Positions 27,095-37,062 of a DNA stretch of 64,000 nucleotides are shown here, one piece after another. The stretch covers positions 1 to 64,000 of IMG/VR virus record IMGVR_UViG_3300033068_000943; one strand, given 5' to 3'. This DNA is from a virus (lineage: Duplodnaviria; Caudoviricetes). The translations under genes and the position numbers were made by a program. The stretch's first letter is position 1. Each line of letters opens with the position of its first letter. Below the pieces are notes generated by a model, which saw only the letters and a list, made by a program, of their open reading frames with translations, did no database searches and was not told the DNA's origin.

Positions 27095-28257
27095 GCCACC
27101 ATCCTCCATGCCGACTTAGCACCTGCCGACCTCACCATCCGCGCAGATGTTCTTGACGGGGCCGCCGCGCGCGTCCAGTCAAGATTGCGGGCAACCGATA
27201 CCGCAGCGACAGCAAACCCTTTGACGGCCCCGCTCGACTTGATGACAAATGACGAGTGCGCCCCGCCAAACGTTGGCAGAAACGGCTCCATCCGATGGTC
27301 TAGCGCCCCGCCGATGGCCACAGTCGTTGTGGCATCGGCGCTCAATTCAAACGCTCCGACATCCACCGCCGCCGCCACGCCGACGACGGCGCGACCGACC
27401 TCGGCAGCTCCGATGTCGGAAACGTCCGACGTCAGGCCGGCTGAAATGGCGGCGCCTAGCGAGTGTTCGCCGGAGACGTTCGGCACGATCCCGTCAGCAC
27501 CGCCTCCGACAGTCACGGAACCGTTGGCAAGGTCCGTCGTCAATTCCATGGCAGCAGCGACAGCGGAAGAGACAAGAACCGTCGCCGCGCCAAGTGTTTG
27601 GACGTCGGCAACGGCTTGATTTGTGGTTCCTCCGATAACCGGAACAACAGAACCATTGGCGGATTGCGCAACCGAACCGACTGCAGCGGCAATGGCCGCC
27701 TCGATCATGGCGGCACCGTAAGACTCAATGGCTAGTGCCGAAAGAGTCGCGTTTGCGAACGAGGATGCCGTGGCCGACCCGGACAACCCCGTTGTCGTGG
27801 CCCCAATCAGACCAGCAAGCCCGCCGGCACTAAGAATAGAACCGCCAAACGACGTCGACACGTCGCCAACAGTGCGGGCGCAATCGGCAGCCCGCACATC
27901 TGCGACGGTTCCGAGCGAAGACGCGGCAATCATGCCGACATCAGCCGCCGCTTCCCCAGATACGGAAACGCCGCACGCTGATGTTGTCGATACTGCCGTC
28001 AAAGACTGCGCTACATCGGCCGCAATGACCGTGTGCCCATGGGCGTTGATCTGAATATCCGCCAACGACGGGGCGACATCGCCGGAGATGCTTGTTGCCG
28101 CGACGCCAAGAAAAAAGTCGAGAAACATTGCCGAGCCGGCCGCGTCTGGATCGGCCAGCGAAAACACGGGCACGAATACGGAAGCACGCGCCCGGCCGCC
28201 TCGCCGGTATGCCCACCGGGACGGAGATGGATAGCGGCCATGACCCGTTGTTGTCAT
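27091..28257 (-). CDS. Ala/Gly/Ser/Val-rich putative fibre protein
   Basis: 388-aa low-complexity ORF coupled to neighbours. Confidence 0.5.
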   Translation of the reverse strand: MTTTGHGRYPSPSRWAYRRGGRARASVFVPVFSLADPDAAGSAMFLDFFLGVAATSISGDVAPSLADIQINAHGHTVIAADVAQSLTAVSTTSACGVSVSGEAAADVGMIAASSLGTVADVRAADCARTVGDVSTSFGGSILSAGGLAGLIGATTTGLSGSATASSFANATLSALAIESYGAAMIEAAIAAAVGSVAQSANGSVVPVIGGTTNQAVADVQTLGAATVLVSSAVAAAMELTTDLANGSVTVGGGADGIVPNVSGEHSLGAAISAGLTSDVSDIGAAEVGRAVVGVAAAVDVGAFELSADATTTVAIGGALDHRMEPFLPTFGGAHSSFVIKSSGAVKGFAVAAVSVARNLDWTRAAAPSRTSARMVRSAGAKSAWRMVA

Positions 28258-28259
28258 GA

Positions 28260-29072
28260 TTACCCCTGCGTCCACGCCACCGTTCCGGTGACGTTCGTCG
28301 CGGTTGTCGTGCTTGGAATGAACACAAGATACGGCACGGTGCCTGCGAACATCTGAGGGAACCCACTCGTCAGCGCGTCGACGGCGTTCGGAGTGTTCGA
28401 TGCCGTCAACTCCAGCGCCGCCAATGGCCTGTAGGCAACCAGATTCATCGTGCCAGACACCCACGACGCCGATAGCGTAAGCGTTTGCACCGAGCGGACG
28501 CCTTGATCCCCCGATTGAAGCCCGATTGGAAAAAACGACCCAGCGGATGGGCTGTTGGCGGTTGCGAACCAGTTCGTCGCCGTCCGCCCTGACGTTCCGT
28601 CCGAATTCGTGTAGCTGACGCTGATCGTTGGCGCTGCCGCCCCGGCTGCTGCGCTAATTTCAAGTCCAACAAGAACGCCGAGGCCGTTGGTGGAGCCGGC
28701 CGCGTCCCGAGCCGGCCATGTCGCCGAATTGATCGTTTGTGCAGCATTCGACGTGATCGTAAACCCGCCGTTGTGCCAAAGCCGATCACAAAGCAACAGC
28801 GTCCCTGCAATGGTGGCCTGCCCCTGAAAGCGCGCGAGATACGTCCCGCCCGCCGCTGGATCAGAAAACGGTATTTGCCCGGCGACTTGCGCCGATGTGC
28901 TCGACAAGGCGACCCCTGCCAACGAGGTGTTCCACGCTCCCGCGCCAGGGTTGCCGGCCAACCCCCAAAGAGATTGCGGCCTCCCGGCAACAAGCGTGGG
29001 CGTCGCGGCCTTTGTGAAAGGCCGAGCCCACTGCATCCCGGCGATAGCGCCATCAAGGGTTGTTATTGCCAT
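28260..29072 (-). CDS. Putative virion protein
   Basis: MAITTLDGAIAG..LLLCDRLWHNGG..LQSGDQGVRSVQ. Confidence 0.6.
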   Translation of the reverse strand: MAITTLDGAIAGMQWARPFTKAATPTLVAGRPQSLWGLAGNPGAGAWNTSLAGVALSSTSAQVAGQIPFSDPAAGGTYLARFQGQATIAGTLLLCDRLWHNGGFTITSNAAQTINSATWPARDAAGSTNGLGVLVGLEISAAAGAAAPTISVSYTNSDGTSGRTATNWFATANSPSAGSFFPIGLQSGDQGVRSVQTLTLSASWVSGTMNLVAYRPLAALELTASNTPNAVDALTSGFPQMFAGTVPYLVFIPSTTTATNVTGTVAWTQG

Positions 29073-29078
29073 GTCGGC

Positions 29079-29486
29079 TTATGCGTGCGGGGCTGTTTTG
29101 GAGAAGGTATTGATGTTGACCGTCTGACCACTGGCGATGTTGGTGTTGTCAAGAACCATATCCCCGCCACCCCCCGTCGCGGTGACGGACCCCTGCTCGT
29201 GGCACGTTGTTCCGTCCGAAGCGTAAAGCCGGTAATGAGCAGCCGTGCCCGCCGCGCTTGCCGCAGCAGTCAGCGGCAGGGATGTCATCGTTTTCACACC
29301 GGCCACCGCGTCTGCGGCCCAGTTCGCACCCAGCGAATACGATACAAGGACCGTCCCCTGATCGGCCGCCGCACAATTGGCCGGCGGTGCCCCCGTCCTG
29401 ATTTTCAAGACGGCACTTGCTCCAATCGCCGTTTCCCATGCGTCGACCAAGGCGTTGCGCACTGCCATGGAGTTTTGAACAGCCAT
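29079..29486 (-). CDS. Putative small structural protein
   Basis: RNALVDA..LKIRTGAPP..GTAAHYR..QGSV..GGDMVLDNTNIASGQTV; GAGGGG SD. Confidence 0.65.
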   Translation of the reverse strand: MAVQNSMAVRNALVDAWETAIGASAVLKIRTGAPPANCAAADQGTVLVSYSLGANWAADAVAGVKTMTSLPLTAAASAAGTAAHYRLYASDGTTCHEQGSVTATGGGGDMVLDNTNIASGQTVNINTFSKTAPHA

Positions 29487-29522
29487 ACTGGCCCCTCAGT
29501 TGTTGGCCAAGCCCATTGAAGA

Positions 29523-30545
29523 TCACGACAAGTACGTCTGCCGGAACGTCGCCGTCACCGACCCGCTTCCCGAATTCAGAATGACCCGCGCGTAGAGAGG
29601 CGGATACGCAAAGAAGCTGAATTTCGTGGCTGTTGCCGCGACGACCGCAGCATCAAGGCTGTCGATCCACGTCATCGAGGCTTCCGCCGTTGGGCTTTCG
29701 GTTCTGTTCGGGTCGTCCATCGACATTTCAACGTCGTAGTTCACCGTCCCCGACACCACCGCCGCAATCGACGTTTGCGCGTTGGCAGCCAGATCGTCGA
29801 ACCGCACCCATGGGCTTCCGGCCACGCCGTTAGTGCCGACCGTCACCGTCGTTGCGACGGCGCCGGACGTTGCAATGCTTGTGATCGTCAGATAGTCGAG
29901 AACGCTCGATGCGGCCCCCGCAGAGGCGCCCGTGATCGCCTCAGAGCGCACGTTACCAGCCCAATCCGTTCCGGTCAGGGTAAACGTGACCCCCGTGTCA
30001 TTCCCACCCGACGTGATGATCACGCGCCGCGCCATATCGAGCGTCGCCGGAAGATAATGACCGACCGTGATGGCGCCCGTCGTTGCGGCTGACGACGTGA
30101 TCGAAATAATCGTGCTGTAAAGATTGACCGATGACGCCACGGATGCGTTTGGCCCGGCGATGACCTCGGACACCACAACGCCGGGGCCGAACGTGGCGGA
30201 TGTTTGCCGAGTGCCGACGACCGTAAACGTCTTGGCCGTCTCGTCTGCGGCCGACGTGATATAGATACGCGCGGGCGCCGGCAGATAGGCGACAGCGGCG
30301 CCGGCAGCCGCCGTGCCGCCGGCCCCGGCTGCCGGATTGGTTGTGGCCAGCGCGCCATTGAGCGTCAGTGCGCCCGCCCCAGACGGCGTCTGCGAAAGAC
30401 AGATGCTATTGGCTGAAAAGCTCCCGGCGGCCCCGTTGAGCACGAGGTAATTCGTGCCAACCACCGCCGCTTTTTGCGATAGGCCGACCTTGTCCGCAGC
30501 AGCGCTCGCCAGCGGGCCGACCGTCACGGTGATGGGATGCGCCAT
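29523..30545 (-). CDS. Virion structural protein with internal duplication
   Basis: RIYITSAADETAKTFTVVGT / RVIITSGGNDTGVTFTLTGT duplicated module. Confidence 0.65.
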   Translation of the reverse strand: MAHPITVTVGPLASAAADKVGLSQKAAVVGTNYLVLNGAAGSFSANSICLSQTPSGAGALTLNGALATTNPAAGAGGTAAAGAAVAYLPAPARIYITSAADETAKTFTVVGTRQTSATFGPGVVVSEVIAGPNASVASSVNLYSTIISITSSAATTGAITVGHYLPATLDMARRVIITSGGNDTGVTFTLTGTDWAGNVRSEAITGASAGAASSVLDYLTITSIATSGAVATTVTVGTNGVAGSPWVRFDDLAANAQTSIAAVVSGTVNYDVEMSMDDPNRTESPTAEASMTWIDSLDAAVVAATATKFSFFAYPPLYARVILNSGSGSVTATFRQTYLS

Positions 30546-30574
30546 ATCTCATGCCTCTTAAGCGTGCGTAAAGG

Positions 30575-30608
30575 TGGTGGGCAGCCGGTCCCGGACGGCT
30601 GCCCACCA
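30575..30608 (-). terminator. Hairpin after the capsid cluster (terminator or stabiliser)
   Basis: Perfect 13-bp stem TGGTGGGCAGCCG/CGGCTGCCCACCA; weak U tract. Confidence 0.5.
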
Positions 30609-30617
30609 TGGGTATGA

Positions 30618-30830
30618 TCAGCACTTGCCCTTGGCGCGACCACCCATTCTGCGGCCCGGCCGGTCGGTGCGGCCCTTGGGCACGCCATCGACACCGATGC
30701 CGCCCATGCCGACCTTCCCGGTCGTTGCCCCCTTGGCCATATCCATGACCTTGGTATTCGTGCCGTAGGCGGGCGCTTTGATCCCGCCCACGTCCCGCGT
30801 CTTTCCGCCGGCCGCGTAGCATTTTTTCAT
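30618..30830 (-). CDS. Small basic Gly/Lys-rich protein
   Basis: 70 aa; YAAGG motif; fills the gap between structural genes. Confidence 0.6.
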   Translation of the reverse strand: MKKCYAAGGKTRDVGGIKAPAYGTNTKVMDMAKGATTGKVGMGGIGVDGVPKGRTDRPGRRMGGRAKGKC

Positions 30831-30844
30831 GTCACGTCACCCGA

Positions 30845-31561
30845 TCACCCCGCGATGCCCTGCCGATCCTTGGACACAAGGATGTAGTCAAGGCTCATGA
30901 CCTTCGCGACGGCTTCGCCGTTCTGGACGCCGAACGAGAGCGTCAATTCCTCGTCGTCAGGGAAGTTCGTCGTGCTCGTCAGTTGCCCGGCGATCACGTC
31001 GTTGTAGTAGACGTTCATGACGCCGAGCGCCGCATCCCAGTGGAACCCGCACGTAAAGTACGTGTCATCGGCGATGGTGCCGACTGTCACGGTGGATGCA
31101 GTGTCATTCTTCTCGGCCCGGAACGTCATCGACGTCGAGCCGTCAGCCTTGATGAAGAACAAGCCGTCAGTCGCGTCGAGCGGCGCCGTGTCGGTGATCT
31201 GGAGCCCCATCACGAAGTCGGATTGCGTCGCATCCGACACCTTGAACCGAGCTTTGAACCACATCGACTTGCCGGCTTCCCATTTCCACGTCTCAACCGT
31301 CGCCGCAGACGTGTTGCCGGACCATTGCAGAAAGTTGTTGTTGTCATCGACGGCGCCGTTGGTGATAACCAGAACGCCGCCATCGAGGTTGCCGACCGCG
31401 CGCGTCCCGGTTCCCGTTTCCGTGATCGTCCATTCGGCGGCCGTGTAGTCGTCGAAGTCGTCGAACCACGTATGGCACCGCGACGGGTCCGGGAACACGA
31501 GGCTCCCGGTCGTCGTGCTTTGCGCGACGTTGGTCACGCCGCTGAAATGAGTGACACCCAT
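30845..31561 (-). CDS. Putative capsid-associated structural protein
   Basis: MGVTHFSGVTN..WFDDFDDY..; AAGGAG SD; follows the MCP. Confidence 0.65.
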   Translation of the reverse strand: MGVTHFSGVTNVAQSTTTGSLVFPDPSRCHTWFDDFDDYTAAEWTITETGTGTRAVGNLDGGVLVITNGAVDDNNNFLQWSGNTSAATVETWKWEAGKSMWFKARFKVSDATQSDFVMGLQITDTAPLDATDGLFFIKADGSTSMTFRAEKNDTASTVTVGTIADDTYFTCGFHWDAALGVMNVYYNDVIAGQLTSTTNFPDDEELTLSFGVQNGEAVAKVMSLDYILVSKDRQGIAG

Positions 31562-31588
31562 GTGCGTGCTCCTTGTCTGGCGGCGCCG

Positions 31589-32506
31589 TTACGCGGTCGG
31601 GAATGAACCATAGCCGCAACGCCAGTCGGTGTAGATCGGCTGCGCACGCTGGTACGCCTTGACGAGAAGATTGTCGGTCGTGTTGTCGACCCACATATCC
31701 GTCTCGTAGGCATCGCGCTCGAAGAACTTCAGCCCTTCGTTCTGCGTCAGCACGAACCATGCGTAGTTCGAGGTGAGGTAGTCGACCACCATGTAGTCGG
31801 TGATGCCCCCCTCGACCGTGCGATCCGCGTTGATGTCGTTGTCGGCGGTGCCCGGGCGCAGTTGCGTCTTGGTAATCCGCTCAGCCACGTCCATCAGCGC
31901 CACCGGCACCATCAGTCCGGCCGGCTTCGCGCGCCCCATGATCTTCAGGTTGCGCTCGTCCACCCAGTTGGTCCGGATGTTCTTGATCGCCTGCATCAGG
32001 CTCGTCTCGTTGAGATCGAGATCGGTCGCGAACCGATTGGCCGCGGTGCCGCCGTCAACCGGATGATCGGTGGCAAACAGCGCCTTGCCGTCGCCGACGA
32101 TCGAGCTGTCATAGGTCGTGCCGTTATTGAAGACGTTGAACGACTGGATTTCCCAGAACTCCTTGAACGCCTTGCCGAGGCCGAGCGCAGTCGGCTTGAA
32201 CTCGGTCTTGTAGAGGTTGTCGCGGATGGCCTTGCGCGTGATGGCATAGGCCAAGCCCACTTCGTAAGTCTCTGCGTTGTAGACCCAGCGCTGGCCGGCG
32301 GCGTTGTCGAAGCCAGTGGCGCCGCCCTCCTGCTTGAGTTGGGCGAGACCCATGTAGGCCACGTGCGCCGTGCGCTCGATCTGCATCGTCGAAGGCGTGA
32401 CCTTGAACACCTTCTTGTACTGCGTCGGGATGTTGGGGTACTCGCCCTCCACCTCGCGCAGCCCCGGACGGAGAAGGTCACGGATTTGAGAGGTATTGAT
32501 AGCCAT
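31589..32506 (-). CDS. Major capsid protein
   Basis: IRDLLRPGL..KQEGGA..YAITRKAIRDNLY..GDGKALFATDHP..PGTADNDIN..YLTSNYAWF..DWRCGYGS. Confidence 0.85.
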   Translation of the reverse strand: MAINTSQIRDLLRPGLREVEGEYPNIPTQYKKVFKVTPSTMQIERTAHVAYMGLAQLKQEGGATGFDNAAGQRWVYNAETYEVGLAYAITRKAIRDNLYKTEFKPTALGLGKAFKEFWEIQSFNVFNNGTTYDSSIVGDGKALFATDHPVDGGTAANRFATDLDLNETSLMQAIKNIRTNWVDERNLKIMGRAKPAGLMVPVALMDVAERITKTQLRPGTADNDINADRTVEGGITDYMVVDYLTSNYAWFVLTQNEGLKFFERDAYETDMWVDNTTDNLLVKAYQRAQPIYTDWRCGYGSFPTA

Positions 32507-32554
32507 GTGCTATGCTCCGGCCTTCCGGCCGTCCTTCTGAGGTTGCTACGAGGC

Positions 32555-33190
32555 TTAAATGCCGGTGGCGCCGGTCGTGTTGATCGCAACGACCGCCCAG
32601 TTGTAGGCGCCCGCCTGCGTGCCCGGCATCAGTGTCGAGCCGCCGCCTGCGCCCTCCGGATTGTTGCCGGAAGCCCAATTGGCCCACAGATCGATGATCC
32701 GCAGCGGCAGCGTCGCGGTCGTATTGAGCGTCGTCGTGTCGAGATACGACCCGGACATGCCCGTGGTCGCAGAGCCGGTGCCGACCGCGATATCCGCGTT
32801 GGCGCCGATGTCGGCAAGCGTAATGCCTGTACCATCGGTCTGGATCACGAACAGCGGCGGCGGCGACATCGCGGCAGGCACGAACTGCGCCAGCACGGAG
32901 CCCGAAGCGGCGTCGGTGCCCGGCCAATACTTCTGCGGCACGACGGTCTGCTGCGAGTTCGAGGCGTAGCGGCAGCCGCTAAAGACGCCCCAGCATTGCG
33001 ACACAGCGGTGCCGGCCGTCCACTGTGCGAGATAGCCCGTCGACTGCATCTTGACCAGATCGCCGGTATAGATCGCCGTGGTGTTGGAATAGAGAATGCC
33101 GTTGCGGCGCTCCTGCAAGGACGAGTTGGTGACGCCACCGCCACTCAGTCCAATGAAGCGGAGCCCGAACGGAGCATTGGTGTTTGCCAT
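32555..33190 (-). CDS. Capsid decoration/cement protein
   Basis: MANTNAPFGLR..IYTGDLV..GVFSGCRY; directly upstream of the MCP. Confidence 0.7.
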   Translation of the reverse strand: MANTNAPFGLRFIGLSGGGVTNSSLQERRNGILYSNTTAIYTGDLVKMQSTGYLAQWTAGTAVSQCWGVFSGCRYASNSQQTVVPQKYWPGTDAASGSVLAQFVPAAMSPPPLFVIQTDGTGITLADIGANADIAVGTGSATTGMSGSYLDTTTLNTTATLPLRIIDLWANWASGNNPEGAGGGSTLMPGTQAGAYNWAVVAINTTGATGI

Positions 33191-33476
33191 GGGAGGCGTG
33201 CCCTTATGCCGCGTGGCGCGCGCCCATGTCCGCCGCTTTGTGAAAAAGCGGAAGACGGGCCAGCGCCTTGGGGAGATCAAGGTTGCAGATCGGGCGCGTG
33301 CGATGCGCTCGTCTGCGGCTGGCCCAGTCTTCGGCACCCGGATTTCTCCGGACCTTTACGCAACCGCCTACGGCGGTGCTGGGATCGTTTCGCGCCAGCG
33401 TGGCGCGTATGCCGTTACAGTACGATGTGACTTTCTTTTACGTGCCCGCGAGCGATTCGAAAAGCGTTTTGTGCAA

Positions 33477-33689
33477 TCAAATCGCGCGCACGTTCGTCAC
33501 TGACATCCGCTTGAGCACATCCGCTTCCGCGCCCACCCGCCCCGTCCGCAAGTATTCCTCGAACAGGACCGCTGTTGCGACCACGTCTCGCGCCGTCTGG
33601 TGATCGCAGAAATGCAGAGCCATTTCCAAGGCCGTCAGGCGCGTAGAATCGACGCCATCGGCGCGATTTGGTTCAGATGCGGCGCTCAT
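33477..33689 (-). CDS. Hypothetical protein
   Basis: RLTALEMAL..VVATAVLFEEYL; coupled to the upstream gene. Confidence 0.55.
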   Translation of the reverse strand: MSAASEPNRADGVDSTRLTALEMALHFCDHQTARDVVATAVLFEEYLRTGRVGAEADVLKRMSVTNVRAI

Positions 33690-34267
33690 TCGTCGACCTC
33701 GTACTGGTAGCTGGAATCCTGCACGCGAGCTTGACGCTCGACGCGGACGCCAGACACGCGCCGAGCCTCCGGATTGTCATAATCGCTCACCGCAGCCGCG
33801 CCCGGCGCAGCGCGACCATGGAGACCAGCCATGTTGCGCGAGATGTCGATTTGCGCGTTGGCCGCCTTGCGTTCCTCACGCCGCGCCAGCGCCGTCAGGC
33901 GCTCGTCACGCTCCATCAGGATCATACCGCCGCGTTTGATCGGACCCTTGAATCCACGCGGCATGAAAATGCCATCGTGGCGTTCGGCGGGCACAGGTTC
34001 CCACCCGTTCTGTGCCAGCTCGACTTGATGATCGATCCAGTCCCAGCCCTTGACGGTTTCCGTCTTCCATTCATACGTCCATCCCTCCGGAATGATGGAG
34101 CGGTCGAACGCGAATTTGTCCTCGTTGCCAGTGAACTTCAGCGTCACGGGTTGCCCGGCGCGGTTGCGGATCACGTTGTCCCGAACCGGCGTTCGTTGAT
34201 CGGAGCCCGGATCGGGCGGCACATCCCGTGTCACTGTGCGCGCCACGGGCTTCTTCGTAACAGCCAT
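33686..34267 (-). CDS. Conserved head-region protein
   Basis: IPEGWTYEWK..GWEPVPAERH..GGMILMER; GAGGAG SD. Confidence 0.7.
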   Translation of the reverse strand: MAVTKKPVARTVTRDVPPDPGSDQRTPVRDNVIRNRAGQPVTLKFTGNEDKFAFDRSIIPEGWTYEWKTETVKGWDWIDHQVELAQNGWEPVPAERHDGIFMPRGFKGPIKRGGMILMERDERLTALARREERKAANAQIDISRNMAGLHGRAAPGAAAVSDYDNPEARRVSGVRVERQARVQDSSYQYEVDE

Positions 34268-34281
34268 TTCGCTCTCCTCGA

Positions 34282-35388
34282 TCAGACGCCGTGGTCATAG
34301 TCAGGGTCAAGATACTCTTTCGGCAGCTTGCCGGCCTTGATCTCGGCGACGATGCCGAGCGCGTACTTGGTGGCATCAAGCCCGGCCTCACGCGCGAAGC
34401 GCGCCAGCGCTGGCGGCAGCCGCACTTGTGTTGCACCCATGTTGCGGGACGAAAACACATTTCCAGCCCGCGACACGGGAGCGGCCGGTTTGGCGCGTGG
34501 CGTCGGAGCTGCCGGAGCGGCGCGAGACGACGCCGGCCTCGTCTGCTCGACCACCAAGCCATCGCCGTCGCCACCCTTGTCAGGAAAGAACTTGGCATCG
34601 AGCGCCGCCCGAAACCCGTCCTCCTTCAATGCCGACTGGCCATGCTCGTCCGCATAGTCCTCGACGAACCGGAGCAACCGTTTGTTGAGGCGCGGATCGG
34701 TCACGTATTGCTTGTTCTCGCGCAGCCAATCGGCGCCGTCGTCGCCGATCGCCTGCCGGGCCGTATCGATCCATTCGTCGGGCGTCGGCGCCCGCGGCGG
34801 CGGAGCTGCCGGCTGCGCTGGCGCGGATGGCGTTGTCGCCCCTCGATTCAGAAGGTCATGCGCCTCCCGAACGGCGGATTCCGCTGCGACCTTGCCGCTT
34901 TCGAGTTGCGCAAGAGCCGCTTCGGCCTTGGCAATCGAGCGTTGCGCCGCAGCGGCCCGTGCGTGCTCACCGGCCTCAGAGGCCCGCACGAACTCTTGCT
35001 CAGCCGTCTGCGCCTCGGTCTGCGCCGCGCCGATCGCGCCGACGATCTGCTGATAGTCCGAGTAGACCTTGGCCGCATGCGCCCGCAGCGTTTGCCCCGT
35101 CCGCTCGGCAACGAGCTGCGATGCCTGCTCTCGATCCGCAAGCGCTTGCGCGGCGATCTGCTCTGCACGCGCGGCGCGCTCGGCCAACTCGTCACGCTCG
35201 CGCTGGAGACGTTCACGCTCGCGGCGGTCCCGGTCTCCCGTCTTGACGGCGCCATCCGCATCCGGAGCCGCACGAGCCGGCTTTGCCGGCGCCACAGGAT
35301 CGGTGCGCGGCAGACCGTCTGCGTCTTGGCCGAACTGGATCACATCGCTTGGAATCTCGACAACGAGTTCGTCGTTTTCGCCGGCCAT
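34282..35388 (-). CDS. Putative capsid scaffolding protein
   Basis: Coiled-coil, Ala/Glu-rich; C-terminal AAPVSR..VRL..A...G...YA; upstream of the capsid genes. Confidence 0.7.
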   Translation of the reverse strand: MAGENDELVVEIPSDVIQFGQDADGLPRTDPVAPAKPARAAPDADGAVKTGDRDRRERERLQRERDELAERAARAEQIAAQALADREQASQLVAERTGQTLRAHAAKVYSDYQQIVGAIGAAQTEAQTAEQEFVRASEAGEHARAAAAQRSIAKAEAALAQLESGKVAAESAVREAHDLLNRGATTPSAPAQPAAPPPRAPTPDEWIDTARQAIGDDGADWLRENKQYVTDPRLNKRLLRFVEDYADEHGQSALKEDGFRAALDAKFFPDKGGDGDGLVVEQTRPASSRAAPAAPTPRAKPAAPVSRAGNVFSSRNMGATQVRLPPALARFAREAGLDATKYALGIVAEIKAGKLPKEYLDPDYDHGV

Positions 35389-35390
35389 GA

Positions 35391-35906
35391 TCACCACACC
35401 ATGTCAGGATGAGAGAGCTTGCCCAGAATGTCCCGCTCCACGAACACGCGGCAGAACACCTCGTTCACGTCACACCCGATGCCGTCGCTCGGGCGGAACC
35501 ACACCCAGTCCCCGACGTCAACCCTCTGGCCGTGGAACTTCGTCACGTCGTCATCGACGTAGGCTTGAGGCCCCTTCGCAACGCAGAGCCCCACCTTGCC
35601 TTGCCAGATGTACTCCTGCAGGTCTTCATCGGTCATCGCATCGGTCAGGATGATGCCGCCAGACGTTTTCTGAACGAGCGGCGGCTGATAGACCGCGACG
35701 AGAATGCGGTTGAATTGCACGATCTCTTGCGGCACCTCGCCGATCTTGGCCATAAGGTCGGCGCGCGGATCGACCGTATGCTCGACCGTCACGTAATTCA
35801 TCACCCTCTTGCCGGCGGGCGTTCGCAGGTTGATGCGGCGCCGGATCGGCTTTTTGGCCGCCAGCTTGCCGATATCGGGCAGTTTCAGTTTTTGGGCTGT
35901 CGTCAT
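35391..35906 (-). CDS. GroES/Cpn10-like co-chaperonin
   Basis: NRILVAV..KTSGGIILTD..GLCVAKGP..VDVGDWVWF..G..DILG. Confidence 0.8.
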   Translation of the reverse strand: MTTAQKLKLPDIGKLAAKKPIRRRINLRTPAGKRVMNYVTVEHTVDPRADLMAKIGEVPQEIVQFNRILVAVYQPPLVQKTSGGIILTDAMTDEDLQEYIWQGKVGLCVAKGPQAYVDDDVTKFHGQRVDVGDWVWFRPSDGIGCDVNEVFCRVFVERDILGKLSHPDMVW

Positions 35907-36145
35907 CTGGGCTCTTTCTTGCGATCGACGCGACCACTCATTTCGTCCTGCGTGGCCTCGATGTGGGCCAACGCCGTTTTCAGGCCGGATATCACACCCA
36001 CTTGCCGGGCAACCCGCATGCCGGTCGCCGCAGCGTCATCGGGAACAATGACGCTACCGCCACCAAGCTCGTTGTGCCGCGCCGTCAGGTCATCGATGAT
36101 GCGCTTTCGAAGCGTCTCCACGAACCGCGCTTCATAGGGGATCAT
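35903..36145 (-). CDS. Hypothetical protein
   Basis: MIPYEARFVETLRKRI..GVISGLKTAL; family commonly found before phage GroES. Confidence 0.6.
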   Translation of the reverse strand: MIPYEARFVETLRKRIIDDLTARHNELGGGSVIVPDDAAATGMRVARQVGVISGLKTALAHIEATQDEMSGRVDRKKEPR

Positions 36146-36351
36146 TGCTTCTCCGCCCACCGCGAGCACGTGCCGCGATCGGTCGTCATCAGCGGCGTGG
36201 GGAGCGCGCGCCTGGACGGCAGACATTGGCCGATGACGGGATCGGACCCCAGCGGCGCCCATCCGGCGCACGTTGCGCAGATGTGTGGCTGCGACTTGAT
36301 ATTGGCTTCGACGGGCGCCGCTTGATGCGGCGCGTCCTTTGCGCGGGCCAT
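36142..36351 (-). CDS. Small Cys-containing protein
   Basis: CATCAGW..GQC..TCSRW. Confidence 0.5.
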   Translation of the reverse strand: MARAKDAPHQAAPVEANIKSQPHICATCAGWAPLGSDPVIGQCLPSRRALPTPLMTTDRGTCSRWAEKQ

Positions 36352-36421
36352 GGAGTAATACCGGGATCGACGCGCACTGCCTTGGCTATACGTGTGATTT
36401 GCTCAAATGCAACGCGACAAC

Positions 36422-36462
36422 AGCAACGCCCGCGCGTCATCGTTGCGCGGGCGTTGCTTTTT
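36422..36462. terminator. Rho-independent terminator-like hairpin
   Basis: AGCAACGCCCGCGC/GCGCGGGCGTTGCT 14-bp stem; T run on the + side; directly after the stop at 36465. Confidence 0.6.
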
Positions 36463-36464
36463 CG

Positions 36465-37058
36465 TCACTCCCCGTACTTCTTGACCTTCTCAAGCCGGCC
36501 CTTGCCGCCGCCAGCGCCGGCATCGAAACCCGTGAGAGCCGGGCCGCCGGCCGCGAGCTTGGTCATCGGCTTGCCGGGGTGCATGGCCTTCTCGTGCTTG
36601 TGCACGGCGGCCTTAGTTGCTGCCTTGTCCTTGGCGGCGTCGCCATGGACGCGACCGCCATGCTTGTGCATCGGAAGCGGCGGCCCACCGGGGCCCCCAG
36701 GCCCCGCCATCGGACCCGGCGGCGGCATCGGAGGACCGCCCGCGTCCTTCATGGCCAGCGGCATGCCCTTGTCGTCGCTCTTCGGAACGATGATGACATT
36801 GACGTTGGTGCCGGCCTTCTTGGCGTCCTTGCCCTTGCCGACGCGGCCGGGCATCTTGCGGCCGGGGCGGGATGTGGACATCTTGGCCGGCGCGCCGGCA
36901 ACGCCCATCCCTTCGGCCAGAGCCGGGTTGTCGCCCTTGACGATGCCTCCCGTAGCGTAACCCTTCGCATACGACTGCCGGGGCGGTTCGGAGCCGCCGC
37001 CGTACTTCGCCAGAAGCCGCGTGTTGCCTTCCGCGCCGGAGCGCGCGATCTTGGTCAT
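36465..37058 (-). CDS. Basic Gly/Lys/Pro-rich virion-region protein
   Basis: AAGGA SD; YATGG, HKHGG and LAAGG motifs; AVHKHEKAMHPGKPMTKL. Confidence 0.65.
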   Translation of the reverse strand: MTKIARSGAEGNTRLLAKYGGGSEPPRQSYAKGYATGGIVKGDNPALAEGMGVAGAPAKMSTSRPGRKMPGRVGKGKDAKKAGTNVNVIIVPKSDDKGMPLAMKDAGGPPMPPPGPMAGPGGPGGPPLPMHKHGGRVHGDAAKDKAATKAAVHKHEKAMHPGKPMTKLAAGGPALTGFDAGAGGGKGRLEKVKKYGE

Positions 37059-37062
37059 GTGA

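Noticed and set aside
33191-33476. Structured ncRNA upstream of the capsid genes
   Set aside because: Non-coding gap probably holds a late promoter or leader, but no convincing fold or family could be supported by eye.
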